This document shows positions 19,860 to 31,260 of a stretch of DNA of 64,000 nt, piece by piece. The translations under genes were made by a program, and so were the position numbers. Within the stretch, counting starts at the first letter, position 1, and the number at the start of each line of letters is the position of its first letter. The stretch is from the NCBI GenBank assembly GCA_036867785.1, contig CP145415.1, positions 496,001 to 560,000 of the forward strand, written 5' to 3'. The notes beneath the pieces were generated by a model. It was not told the origin of the DNA, made no database searches, and was given only the letters and a program-made list of their open reading frames with translations. This DNA comes from Plasmodiophora brassicae (lineage: Eukaryota).

Positions 19860-21867
19860 CTACGGCGAGCAGCGACCGACGAATCTGGGGTACAATGACA
19901 CCTCGCGAATGTGATCCAGTTTGAGGATCCAGCACAGGAACCTGTTGACGACAACACGCTCAGGCGAACGTAGCCGTCACAAACGACGGTGTCTACCTTT
20001 CCAGTCCCAGACCGAAGCCACCGTGAGGGCACGTCCCAAACTTCCTCAGGTCGTTGTACCAACCGTAGGGAGTCGGGTCAAGGTTCTTTGCCGCATAAGC
20101 GTCTTTGAGCCTCTGCAAATCCCATTCACGCATGCTGCCTCCAACGATTTCACCAACACCCTGGCAAGGGTTAGGTCCAGTCAGTAAAGCGGCCGATGCG
20201 ATGATGGGCGCTATTAACCGACCGGCATCAGAAGATCGACACTCTCCGTCATGTTGTTGTCGAAATCGGCGCGCGACATGTAGAACGGTTTCTGATCGGC
20301 CGGGAACCCGTACAGGAGAATGGGCTGCCCTATTTCATCGTTCATGTGGCGCTCGGGAGCTTCGCTAATGCCGTCGCCAATCTTCCACGGCTGCTTCGTT
20401 TCCTCGTTCGGCACGTTGTGTTCGTTCAGCCACGCGATAGCCTCCGAGTACTTCATACGCAGGAACGGTCCCTTGGGTGGCTTGAAGTCAGGGTTGACAG
20501 AGTAGAGCAGTGGCCCTTTACCACACAGTCGTTAAACGTGGCCGATACTGCTGGCTCTCACGTGATTTACCGGCTTTGTCAACGACGATTTGCGACACTG
20601 TAACGACCATGTCCTCGACAAACTGGAGCAATTTCTCGAAAGTGTAAAACGCCATTTCCTGAAGCAAGTCAGCTGTGGACGCGGAAACTCCTTCATCCCC
20701 AACGATCGTACGCCTTCAACATGCGTGAACTCGGAGAGGTGACGTCTTGTCCGCGACTTTTCAGCACGATACGACGGCATGATACAGAACGCGTTGCCGA
20801 GCGATGGAATGACGGTCTCCAGGTACAGCTGCGACGACTGGGTCAGATATGCGTCCTCGCCGAAGTAGTTGACCGTAAACAGGTCCGCTCCGCCTTCGAC
20901 CTGGAAAACACGTCTTAGTTCAGCGCTAGACCTATCCGTCACGTTGCTTGCCTCAGTCTGGACAAGGGTCGGCGGCGTGACTTCCGAGAAGTCTCGAGAG
21001 TAAAAGAATTCGCGGAACGCCGCCGTCGTAATCGATCTGAGACGCAGAATAGACGAGAAGCGAACCGAGCGGATGTGGAGGAACCGCTGATCAAGAAGGA
21101 CATCAGGATGCGAGGACTCGTTGAACCTGTCGTAAACAATTACCCCTTCCAGCGAACCAATATATATCCTAACAACACGTACCGCTCCTCTAGTTCGGGA
21201 TCGGAAGGGCCAACGACGTTCCAGTAATCGGCCTTCAGCTCCACGCCATGAGGTGCACGCTCATCGCTGACGACGGTACCGAATATTTCCACAGCTGTCT
21301 CACGTAACAGCTGACGAGCCTGCCGCATTTTGGTTAGCACCATTAATGAAATACATGCACAATTGGAGTACCTCTGCAGTCTTGGCAAGTTTCCCTGTCA
21401 AAACGCACTGAAGAACAGGGGGGACGGCACCGCTGCCGTCACGCAAATCAAGGAACACCAGCGAACCCTATAGTCATTCTTAGGCACAATAGGCACGGCT
21501 GACAATAGCATATATGCTTCACCTGGTCACGAACGTACTGAACCCAGGCGAACACCTTGACGCGCTGGCCCGTATGCTTGTGAACATCCACAACGCGGAC
21601 TTCGGTAGCAGGGGGTAGGGACGTGTCGAGGACGAGAGCAGGAACCTCGTTCGCCTGCTTAGTCCCAGCCTGCGACCGAGGTAAACAAAAAATGTGGCCT
21701 GATGGCGAACATGGGCGAACCTGGGTGGGCGTGGCAGCGGCGGCGGCAGCCTTGGCAGCCTGCTTGGCTGCCTTCTGCTCCTGGATCTTCTTCATCTTCT
21801 CCATCTTCTTGCGCTGGCTCAGGCTCATCTCGGCGACGCCGTCGGCGACGTCCTTCGGGTCCGACAT
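19860..21867 (-). CDS. NARS1: Cytoplasmic asparaginyl-tRNA synthetase; multi-exon
   Basis: [83 protein letters not shown]...[10 protein letters not shown]. Confidence 0.95.
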
Positions 21868-22086
21868 GACTTCGTGCAAATGCGCAGTCGGGAGCTGCCG
21901 CCTTCCACGGACTTGGACCTCGGACCCTGCTGCAGTCACAGCGGCGATATTTTTGAACTGCCCTACACGGGAGTGCGGGACAGTCGGGATCGACTGGCAG
22001 TCACGGACTGGCTCGGGCCGTCGAGCGGGCACTGCAGTTGCGCCCACTGGCCGCTGGTTCGTCGTTTCTATTCTGGGTCTCCTCAA

Positions 22087-22473
22087 TCACGTCCACATCG
22101 TATGCGCTGTGCGATACACGACGGTGCAAACAAGGCGCCCTTTGTATTCGTTACGAAACAGAATATGGTCCCAGGTTTTGCCGGAGATGAGCACCACGGC
22201 CGAAGTTCGACCATGCGATACTGGCGTGGACCGGTTGGCGTCCAAATTGCAGGTGACCTAATAAGCCACCCCGTAATATGGCGAATTGACTTTTCCTTGG
22301 CGGTAGACCAGGCTGTGGTCATCTCCCAGCGCGAACGCGTCCTGTAACGAGAAACTGCCCAGGGGCAGAGAGGACCCACCGGCATTGGTCTTATCCGCCA
22401 ACGTCGTCAGCTTTGCATGCTGTTGTGCGGCAGCAACGCCCACGATGGCTACCAGGGCTGACAACAGGGACAT
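22087..22473 (-). CDS. Small secreted hypothetical protein (~110 aa), two exons
   Basis: Signal peptide MSLLSALVAIVGVAAAQ. One short GT-AG intron ending near 22258 restores the frame VTCNLDANRS...VCTVVYRTAHTMWT*. Confidence 0.45.
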
Positions 22474-23327
22474 TGGGGGTTGATGCGTGTCATCGAACCG
22501 TCCCAATTCCTACGTTTGGGATTTGGAGAAGGCATCGATCGTGAACAATCTGTGATGGCAGCGGTGCTAGTATTGGTTCTCGAGCCTTCCTGGGCATTGA
22601 CCCTGATGTCGTAGATCACTCCGTGCGAATGAGCATCTCGTTCATTTATTGAACCTCACCACCCACGATATTAGCATCGCCATTCGCAACGGTGAGGACG
22701 AATCGATGACGCGGTACAAGTTGTGTCACGTTGAACCAGGCGGGATGCTTCCAGAGAAACAGCTGAACGGGATCAGGAAGAAGCGCGTTGAATTTATGAT
22801 TGCGCATCTGCACTGACTGCCCTTGGTTGCTGTCTCGAATTGGGGCGTATCAGACGTCCCGGTGTTGTACTGTCATACGATGTCTGTCGCGGTGAGTTCG
22901 CAGGGGACGTCTCCTGGTGGGTGGTGTCGCTGCGATGTACGCGCAGTGCCAGTTTCATCCTGGGAGTCGATTCTGATGTGACGATCAAGGTCGTCGGTGT
23001 GCGCTCGGATCCTCAGTAGTTTATGGCAGGATTCGCCACCGGTGCCGTGCGATGGCGGAGTCGTTCATGGGATATCAACGCGACCTGCTACGGGTTCTGC
23101 TTGTTCCTGTTGACCAGGGCTTTATGCTGCTGGATCCTATCCTGTAATTCATCGTTGCCCCGATTCCGGCCAGAAAGGGCCCCGGTTGGATTATTCGGGT
23201 CCGAAACGCACCGTGCCCCACACAACGACGGATTCTTTGGGCCCTCCTGTCCCATGCTGTATGAAGTACGGTAGGACTCTGATTTCTGACAGAAGGCTCA
23301 AGGCTCGCCGCAACATCCTTTGAGCCG

Positions 23328-24146
23328 ATGCCTCGCTGTACTTGCCGGCTGCCGCCGGTAGTCGTCGTCGGCATGATCGTCTGCTTGTGCTGCGCATCAG
23401 GGGAGCCCGCGAGGAGCACCCGTGACCCGCCAGATGGTGGCAACGTAGTGAAGCAGCACCTGATACAATCTGTGATCGCCCAGGCCCTTGCCGACGTTGC
23501 TTATTCGACTGGAAATTGGTCAGAAACGGGCCGACCACTGAAGGAACGTTGTCGCAGGCGCGAACTGAATCGTGGCGACGTCGGCATTCTGGCGTACTGG
23601 TCGCCGGTCATCGCCGCAGATGCCTACGCACAATCCCAGTTCCATCTGGGCATCGCCGAGGCCATCCTGCAAGACATCCACAACGATTTCATGTACCCGT
23701 CACCGAACATCCGTACCGCTAAGAAGTTCATGCTCGCCGCTGGAACCAATATCCTGCTGAAACGCAAGCGCGCGCTAGCCGCCCCGTTCCTGTCGGCTGG
23801 GGCTGTGATGTACACAGCAAAGGCGGCCATCTTCGACCGCTTTAAACGGGAACCTACTCACGCGTTGCAGAAGGTCCCCCGGCGGTTCATGACTGACGCA
23901 GGGATTCTTGCAGCGGCTGCTGCTTCTGGTCTGGTCATTGTCAATACTGACTGGATTGTACGCAAGTTCGGTGAGAGGTATGTGGCTCCATTTCTATACG
24001 GGAGCAGGTGCATCGGAGGAGAAAGTCAAATGGGGCCGGGAGCCGGAAACGCGCCCAACGGCGCCCCACATGGGGCATCCGTTGCACCAGCGAGCGTGAG
24101 CACCATCGCCTTCTCTGCGTTCATAATCTATTGCGTTGCCGTCTGA
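23328..24146 (+). CDS. Intronless secreted or GPI/membrane-anchored hypothetical protein (272 aa)
   Basis: Hydrophobic N-terminus (LPPVVVVGMIVCLCCASG), a Gly/Ala/Pro/Ser linker and a hydrophobic C-terminal tail (TIAFSAFIIYCVAV*). Confidence 0.65.
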   Translation: MPRCTCRLPPVVVVGMIVCLCCASGEPARSTRDPPDGGNVVKQHLIQSVIAQALADVAYSTGNWSETGRPLKERCRRRELNRGDVGILAYWSPVIAADAYAQSQFHLGIAEAILQDIHNDFMYPSPNIRTAKKFMLAAGTNILLKRKRALAAPFLSAGAVMYTAKAAIFDRFKREPTHALQKVPRRFMTDAGILAAAAASGLVIVNTDWIVRKFGERYVAPFLYGSRCIGGESQMGPGAGNAPNGAPHGASVAPASVSTIAFSAFIIYCVAV

Positions 24147-24828
24147 TTCATGCTGACACTGTCAATAATTGTGTGGTCATTCCTCATGTCGTAACATAAA
24201 CAGCCATCGTTAACAGGCCGATGAACAGACATCGGGAGAGTAGGCCGATGTGGGGCAATTTCATGCGATATCATCGTCAAACATCCACAGCGACAAGAGG
24301 ACAGTTTAACGTCAGAGAATCGCGCGGGTATTCGGGTTCGGCTATATCTTACAACGGGCGCGCTTGACGTTCTGTCTTCGCGGTCGCCAGTATGGGTAAC
24401 TGCAATGCCTCGTCGTTGCTGGTTGTTGCCATTCTTATCGACCTGTACTGCGTGAGCAATATCAATCCTGGACGACTCGCTGATGGCGGCAGCGTGGCGG
24501 AGCGCCCCCGCGACCCGTTCTCTGATCACAGGGGCTGTCGTCCTGATTGGTTGTTTACCTTCGAAACGCACGTGCAATACATCGTATGACCTTGAGCAGG
24601 CGGCCCTAAATAGACCGCTCGTCAGGTCACGCCGCGTGACCTTCCTGGGCTGGCCGGGTGAGCGGGATCTGCGGAATGGCGATAGCAAATGACTGGCTGT
24701 CCTGTGGTTTGGTGGCGCCGGATCCACGGACCAACCCAGTCCGTGCCAGACTGCCGCAGAGGGCCCTCCCAGTCGCCAAGAGCTATTTCCGGTAGACGGG
24801 AGTGCGACTGGGGGCCCGCGTCGTGAAG

Positions 24829-25969
24829 ATGTCGGCTTGGATCGTCGTTGCCATCGTCGTGCTTCACGTCACCGTGCTGGGCGCGCCTGCTGCACACCGA
24901 GATCAGAACAGCACCAGTGTGCCTCGATGTGTTGCACAGTGTGACGACGACAACTCGCATGCTGCCATTCTGGGTGATATTCTCGACGAAGTATCGTACT
25001 GTGATGGCGGGTTCTCCACCGGTCCTCTTCGGCCACATGTTGACTGGGTCAGCGCGAAGTGCATTCGTTGGCGCCGTAACGACGACGGCAAACGTGTTCT
25101 TGTCGGTCAAGGGTCATTTGGCAAAGTCTACCTGGCTCGATTCGGTGCTGACGATGTCGCCGTTAAGAAGTTCAAGGAGCAGCATTCGTGTCGCCACGAA
25201 CTAGAAGCCAGTATCGCGTGTAAAGATATCCCAGGCATCATTCCTTTCCTGGGAATCACACCGTTAGACGACCGCCAATACGGTCTCGTCACACTATTGG
25301 CGAAACACGGCACGCTGCGCCACATCATTCATTCATCAGATGTCTCGTCGGAATGCCTACTTCAGCTGATGATCGACGTTTGCAGTGGCGTCGCGGCTCT
25401 GCATTCGCTGGGAATCGTACACGGCGACCTTACCCCAACCAATATCTTCGTCAGGGATTCTTTGTCAGGGCCGAAGGCCCTAATCGGCGATCTGGGAACC
25501 GCCGTTTGCCTTAAACGCCATCAGCCTATTCCGGACCGCTGCTTCTTCCAAACCGTAATCGAGCAGAATGTTGTCGACGCCGCCTATTCCGCTACTGATT
25601 TCTGTGCCTCGGCAGTGTACCGTGAATTATGCAGCACCAGAGCAGCTGGCGGCGGGAGCGAAGCACCCTTACGGGATCGGAAGTGTGTGCTGGGGAGCGC
25701 CAGCGGATATCTGGTCCCTTGCCGTCATCCTTATCGAGACCCTCACTCGCAAGATGTGGTTGCCGTTCCATCGTGATCACGACCCGCGCCGGTACTATAG
25801 GCACATCGTCCGCGATGGCAAACGCCCCGTCCCGCCTGCCCATGCAATGTCGGCCCCCTTACAGCACACTGTTGCTCGGTGCTTAGACATTGACCCGCTA
25901 TCCCGGCCCACGGCCGCCTGCCTTCAGGCAACTCTACAATTCGAGCTCAAATACCGAGCCGCCACGTAA
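24829..25969 (+). CDS. Signal-peptide-bearing TKL-like protein kinase (non-RD), two exons
   Basis: MSAWIVVAIVVLHVTVLG; LVGQGSFGKVY; VAVKKF; IVHGDLTPTNIFV; IGDLG; intron ~25554-25616; CTVNYAAPE; ADIWSLAV; CLDIDPLSRP. Confidence 0.88.
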
Positions 25970-26482
25970 TGAAATACAAGGCACGAGTTCAGCGTTATCC
26001 ATTGCATATGCGTGCTAAACGCACTGCATTCGTTTGCTGCCCCACTGGGCTATGCGGAAAGTTTATGGTACGTCTCCAACCGAACGCAGTTGCCTCATGC
26101 GTAGGGGTGCTGCTCGAACTCGTCGAACGAATAGTGACACCAGACGAGACGGGCGGTAATGAGGCGATCCGCCACGAAGTCGCCTAGCGATTGGAGCGGC
26201 TCCGTCTTCGTAGGCTAACGGGACGTCCACGACGTGTCGAGCCCAGTGGCCCGATCCCCCGACCGTCCGTGTCAGCGAGCGGCGTGCCGCTGGCCCAATG
26301 GCGCTCCTCGTTGCAGTCCGCAGGTGGACTGCACCGCCACGTTGGCGCAGAGCTGCAGCAGGTGGCTGCAGCTCCGGCGTTTGTCTGCACACTGCAGTCA
26401 ATGTGCGCGTGGGAGTGTGCCCCAGGTGCCCCAGTGCCGACCTGACTGCACGATGCAGTGCCGTGACTGCGCCATTCGGCAA

Positions 26483-27509
26483 ATGACGCTGTTCGACGAG
26501 GTCGTGCGGGACGCGGCGGCTGCGGCTGCGCGGTCGGCGGTCGTGACCGTCGACGAGGAGCGGGTGCGCCACCTGGCGAAGTCGCTGCACGCGCCGGGCC
26601 CGTCGCCGATCGGGCAGCGTCTGCCGCTGCGGTTCGCGTCGGCCGACGACGAGATGACGTTCATGGCGCTGGTCAGCCTGCTGTCATTCGGCGCGTCGTT
26701 CCGGGATCGGTATCGGGAATGCCTGGGCCAGGATATGTCCCCAAAGGAGGTCGCTCAGCGTGGCGTCATTGGTATGGAGACGACCCGGGCCAACCAGCAT
26801 CTCCTAGTAATGCGCGTCGTGTCTAGGTCTGTTCCTTGCCGGAAAGCTGGACTGTGATGGATTGCAGAATCTGGCACTGACGGATATTGAGACCGCGTTC
26901 GGCCTTCCCCTGTCCAGGGAAGAGCGCCTGCCGAACCTGCCTGCGTACATATCCGTCGATTCCGCGGTCAAGCCGCTGGCCCGCGATATTCTCTCGTCTC
27001 TGCATGAGACCGCTCGCGTGCTGCGGTGCCGTGATGTGCCGTCGCTGGGCGCGTTCATCCACAGAGAGGTCCTGGCGCTTGCCCGCAAATCGTCGACGGG
27101 GACCTGCGCCGCTGCCGACGTCGTCACGCTGCTGGCGTCAACGTTCCCGGGGTTCAACGACGTCGGATTCTACAGCAACGCCGTCGGTCTGGTCGCCGAC
27201 CTGTTCTGGCGGTTCCACGACGACGTGGCCGAGTTCCGGTTCCCTGACATCGACGCGGCCGTTCCTCGCGTCGACTACGACATTGTCGACGTCCTATTCG
27301 ATAACGGCGTCCTCAGTGTGCGCGAGCAGCCGTCCGCAGAGCACCTCCGATCGGCGTCCATGCTCGCCTGCCTACGTCTTCGCGAGGCGGTGGCGCCCAA
27401 CTGGCCGCATCCGGCTACGAACCTCGACCTCGACCGGGCCCTTCGTGACCTCCAACGCGACGCCCGGGCCGAACGCCCGTATTCGGTTGCGCAGTCGCTC
27501 TTCTATTGA
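26483..27509 (+). CDS. Queuosine salvage (DUF2419/QNG1)-like protein, divergent; two exons
   Basis: VTVDEERV, LPLRFASADDEMTFMALVSLLSFGASFR, LLASTFPGFND, LVADLFWRF, FRFPDID, LRSASMLAC, DLDRAL follow the motif order of the Q_salvage family. Confidence 0.65.
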
Positions 27510-27693
27510 CCTTCAGTAAACCGTTACGGGATCGGTCGCCGCCCGACTGGTTCAGTGTCCTGCTGCCGGACACTGCGCGACTGCAGCGACGCGCCGCAGT
27601 GGGGCCAGTGACGCTGCGCACGCGACAACGGCTGCGTAGCGACTGGGTCCGCGCGGTGACGGTGCGGTGTGGCACCTGTCGATTCCATTTGTC

Positions 27694-28563
27694 ATGATGA
27701 TGGTGATGATGTGGCGGCTCGCGGTGGTCGTTGTTGTTCTTGCCGTGTCCGCGAACGCGATCGGGTTCCTGCGAGGGTTACGGGGCGCACAGCGCCTCGG
27801 GCCGACGCTCCCACGTTATCCTGTGCGCCTATACCAACCGCGACGCTATGCGACCGCAGTGGACCCGCTCCTGCTCTCGACCTGTGCGCACGTCGTTGGC
27901 GGCCGGGACAGGATCCAGGTGCTGCTGGATAGGGAACGGCATCAGGTCTTCAGTCGTGACCCCCTGGGACGGACCCAGCTGGTCGTCGCGGCTGTCAACA
28001 ACCTCGCTGACGTTGTCAGCGTTCTGCTCGAGAAAGGCGCCGACCCCAACGAACCATGTTCGCTGACTGGTCTCACGCCGCTCATGCACGCTGCTGTACG
28101 AGGCCACCGCGATATCGCCTGGGTGCTCGTCCGCCATGGCGTCGCCGTCGACGACGCCAGGTCCGGAACAGGGTACACGGCGCTCATGTTCGCTGCTGAA
28201 CGCGACCACCCCGGCATTGCGTCCCTGTTGCTCGCGAACGGCGCCGATGCGAACGCGCGCAGTACGAACAAACGGTCGGCGTTGCACCTGGCTGTGTCTA
28301 ACGGCAGCGATAACGTCGTGCGTCTCCTCGTCAACGCCGCGGACGTTGACCTGGACGCAAAGGACGACGATGGGCGAACGGCACTGCACATTGCCGTCCT
28401 GAAGGATGCCGTCGGCACCGCATTACGTCTCGTTGCATACGGCGCCGATCCAACGCTGACGGACGACCATGGCAAGACGGCCGCCGACCTCGCAGCGGAC
28501 CCGTCGGCGTACGCCGCCATGTTCGCCGGCGTGCTCGCCTCGATCCACAACAGACACGAGTAA
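27694..28563 (+). CDS. Secreted ankyrin-repeat protein (~5 ANK repeats), intronless
   Basis: Signal peptide MWRLAVVVVVLAVSANA; repeats GLTPLMHAA, GYTALMFAA, KRSALHLAV, GRTALHIAV, GKTAADLA. Confidence 0.93.
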   Translation: MMMVMMWRLAVVVVVLAVSANAIGFLRGLRGAQRLGPTLPRYPVRLYQPRRYATAVDPLLLSTCAHVVGGRDRIQVLLDRERHQVFSRDPLGRTQLVVAAVNNLADVVSVLLEKGADPNEPCSLTGLTPLMHAAVRGHRDIAWVLVRHGVAVDDARSGTGYTALMFAAERDHPGIASLLLANGADANARSTNKRSALHLAVSNGSDNVVRLLVNAADVDLDAKDDDGRTALHIAVLKDAVGTALRLVAYGADPTLTDDHGKTAADLAADPSAYAAMFAGVLASIHNRHE

Positions 28564-28585
28564 ACTGGCGCATGGCGCGCACGCT

Positions 28586-29741
28586 TCATAAGGAGAATTC
28601 GGTGTCGGTTTCCTCGAACAGCCACTTGTTGATCGAATCGTCCTGCACGCTCTGGTTCCTTTCCAGGCGCGTCTTCATCTGCTCGTCCCGCTTCGACAGT
28701 TCAGCGCGCAACGACGCGATCAGCTTGTCCTTCTCGGTGTCGCCATACCTGCGGGGGCGCCGTTATTGCAACCAGGTCTGGACGACCCCGCGGGAGCGTC
28801 CCGCTTACAGAAGCTGGTACTCCAGGTTGCGGATCTTCTCCTCGGCGCCGCCCAGCGCAGCGCTCGCCGCCTGGCGCTGTTTGAGATCGGCGATCTCCTT
28901 CTGCAGCGCCATGCACTCCCGCTTGAGCTTGCGGTTCTCGAGGCGCAACCGGTCCATCGGCGCCAGGTCCTGCTGCAGCAGCGAGATCTTCTCGTTCAGG
29001 AACTCGAATTCTGTCGGGCGGCGATTAGCGGGATCCGGTCCGATGCGACGAATGGGCCGGCGGTGTCACCTTTGACGGATTGCTCGACGATGAACTCCAT
29101 CTTCTCGTACTTCTCGGTCAGCTGGTTGATGACGGTCTGCTGGGCGGCGGCTTCCTCTGGCGTCGAGTGCCGCTCGACCGACTTCTGAATGTTCGTGATC
29201 GTGTCGGACAGCAGCCGCGACAGGTTCCTGTCATGCTGAGCACCCACGTGTAAGACTGCAATAGTAGGCAGAGGTAAACCTCACTGACATGCGAAGACGC
29301 TGAGTCCTTGGCGTTGTCGACCTTCAACGTGTTGTTCGGCGAATCGTCATCGAGGTTCGTAAAGGGATTGAACGAACCGTCAGGTTTGGAGTCCATCGCG
29401 GCCGCCGGTTCGCCACTGGAACGTTCCTGTACCGGTTTAGGTTCGTCCGCTGGTTTTGGTGGAGCGGCTTGATCCACAGGGCCCTTCATCGTTGCCTGCT
29501 GTACGCCACGTCGGGCCCTGCTGACACCCAACGGGACAGCTGGTTTCGCTTGGCGGTTCCAGATGACGACAATGACAGCGGCGAGCACGACAGCGATCAC
29601 GACAGAGAAGATGGAGCCGTTGGCGCGGCGATCGGCGAAGCGCCTCAGAGCGTCCAGGACGTTGTCCGGCTGCAGGGCGCTTCGTAGCCAGATGCGCAGG
29701 GCGACAATGTGGGTCCAGGAATCAGCGAACTCGAACACCAT
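28586..29741 (-). CDS. Membrane-anchored coiled-coil hypothetical protein; multi-exon
   Basis: N-terminal TM helix (IFSVVIAVVLAAVIVVIW), Pro/Ser linker, then heptad-rich exons ending ETDTEFSL*. Confidence 0.65.
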
Positions 29742-30288
29742 GATTCGAGGTCGATCAATCTGGAGTGGCCCCCTCCTCCTCCCCACCACTGCTTCAACGT
29801 CACTGGGACAATCACTGTCAGTCGTCGTCCGGGAGCGGCCACCTTCACGTGCCGGACCTCTGGACGGTCCCCGACGACACCCGGCTGACTGCCGTCCTCG
29901 AGTTCTTGCAACGTTGGCGTCCGATTTGGCAGGCCTGCGGAACACGAGCCTGAACCTCGGCGATCCGATGAGGGTTTCGTGGGACCACTCGTGGTTACTG
30001 GTAACACGTGTCGGTGAAAGCTGAGGCCAGTCAGCTGGCGGCGATGGACGAGGCCCAGGCAGGGACAGTACCTGCCTACATACCTAATCGGGAGAGACGG
30101 AAGTCAAGCGGGACACGATGCAGGTCGTCGTCCATGTTGCAGGTCCCACAGAGCGGCGCTGGGCCCAATGCAGAGGCAGGCGGCGGCCTCTGTGACTTGA
30201 CTCCAGAATCGCGTGTGTGACCCAGAGACGACAATCGAGACAAGTACTACCCAACGGGCGCCAGGCAGTTCCGCGTTGCATTGACGAC

Positions 30289-31038
30289 ATGCTGGACGAC
30301 GCCGGTGGCAATGTCCATGGGAAGCCGTTGCCGCAGATCCACGCCCTGCTGCGAACCCTGGAGGAGCTGGGGTCCGCCGCATGCGAACCGATTCCACTCC
30401 TGGGCATCAACTAACGTCCTCTCGCGAAGGTTCGCAGCCTGGTACCTGTTCAACTTCCTGTTCACGATATGCGGTCCCGATGTCGCCTCGATAACATCGT
30501 CGAACCTCCTCGCCGTACGACGGCCCCGTTTCCCTTGTGTGGCATGGCTTGTCATGGTTGCTCGTCGTAGGCCCGGTCGCCGTATCCGGCCTGGCCGCCG
30601 AGCATGGTCATCGACACGCTGACGTACTACGGCGTCTATTTCTCGCCCTGGACGCTGACGCGGCCGAAGTGGATGATCCGCATCTCGTAGCAGAGTACTG
30701 GCCCGTTATCGCTTCACCGGGAATGTGACGCGCGCCTGCATTGCAGGTACTTCAACATGGTCGTGCAGGCGCCGTTCTATGCGTACGCCTGCTGGGTCAT
30801 GCTCAGAGGTCAACGGGAGAAGCCACGAACGCCCTTCACGGTCAACGCCATTGTGACCCTCGGATGCACGCTCCTCGAGCTCGTCCTGCAGTTGCAGGCG
30901 CATCCGAACGTCATCATCGTCATGGCGAACCTGCCGTGGATCATTGTCCCGCTTCTCATCATCTTTCGGGCGATCACCGACCCCCTCATCAACGACGTCG
31001 AATCACAGCGTCTCGACAAAGCCCACAAGATCAACTAA
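30289..31038 (+). CDS. EXPERA-domain membrane protein (TMEM97/EBP/TM6SF-like); multi-exon, start uncertain
   Basis: Spliced product FAAWYLFNFLFTI...WPPSMVIDTLTYYGVYFSPWTLTRPKWM...QAPFYAYACW...MANLPWIIVPLLIIFR; C-terminal KAHKIN. Confidence 0.75.
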
Positions 31039-31260
31039 AGACAACAGCTTCGACGCGATGACCGTGTCCCACATGGGTTGCACGGGGTATGAAGCAGATT
31101 GTTGTACAAGACGTATGGAAGGCGTTGTCGCTGCCATGCCCATGCTGTCATGGACGACTGCATCGGGAATGCGTTGACCAATGCCACAACGCCCAGACAC
31201 GGTGATCCATCGTCTCCATATTGTTCCTGACCCCGTACATCGGCAGATAGGTCAGCCTGG

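Noticed and set aside
30686-30747. In-frame TAG in the EXPERA gene, suggesting readthrough or a pseudogene
   Set aside because: The TAG lies within a GT...AG intron; splicing restores ISYFNM.
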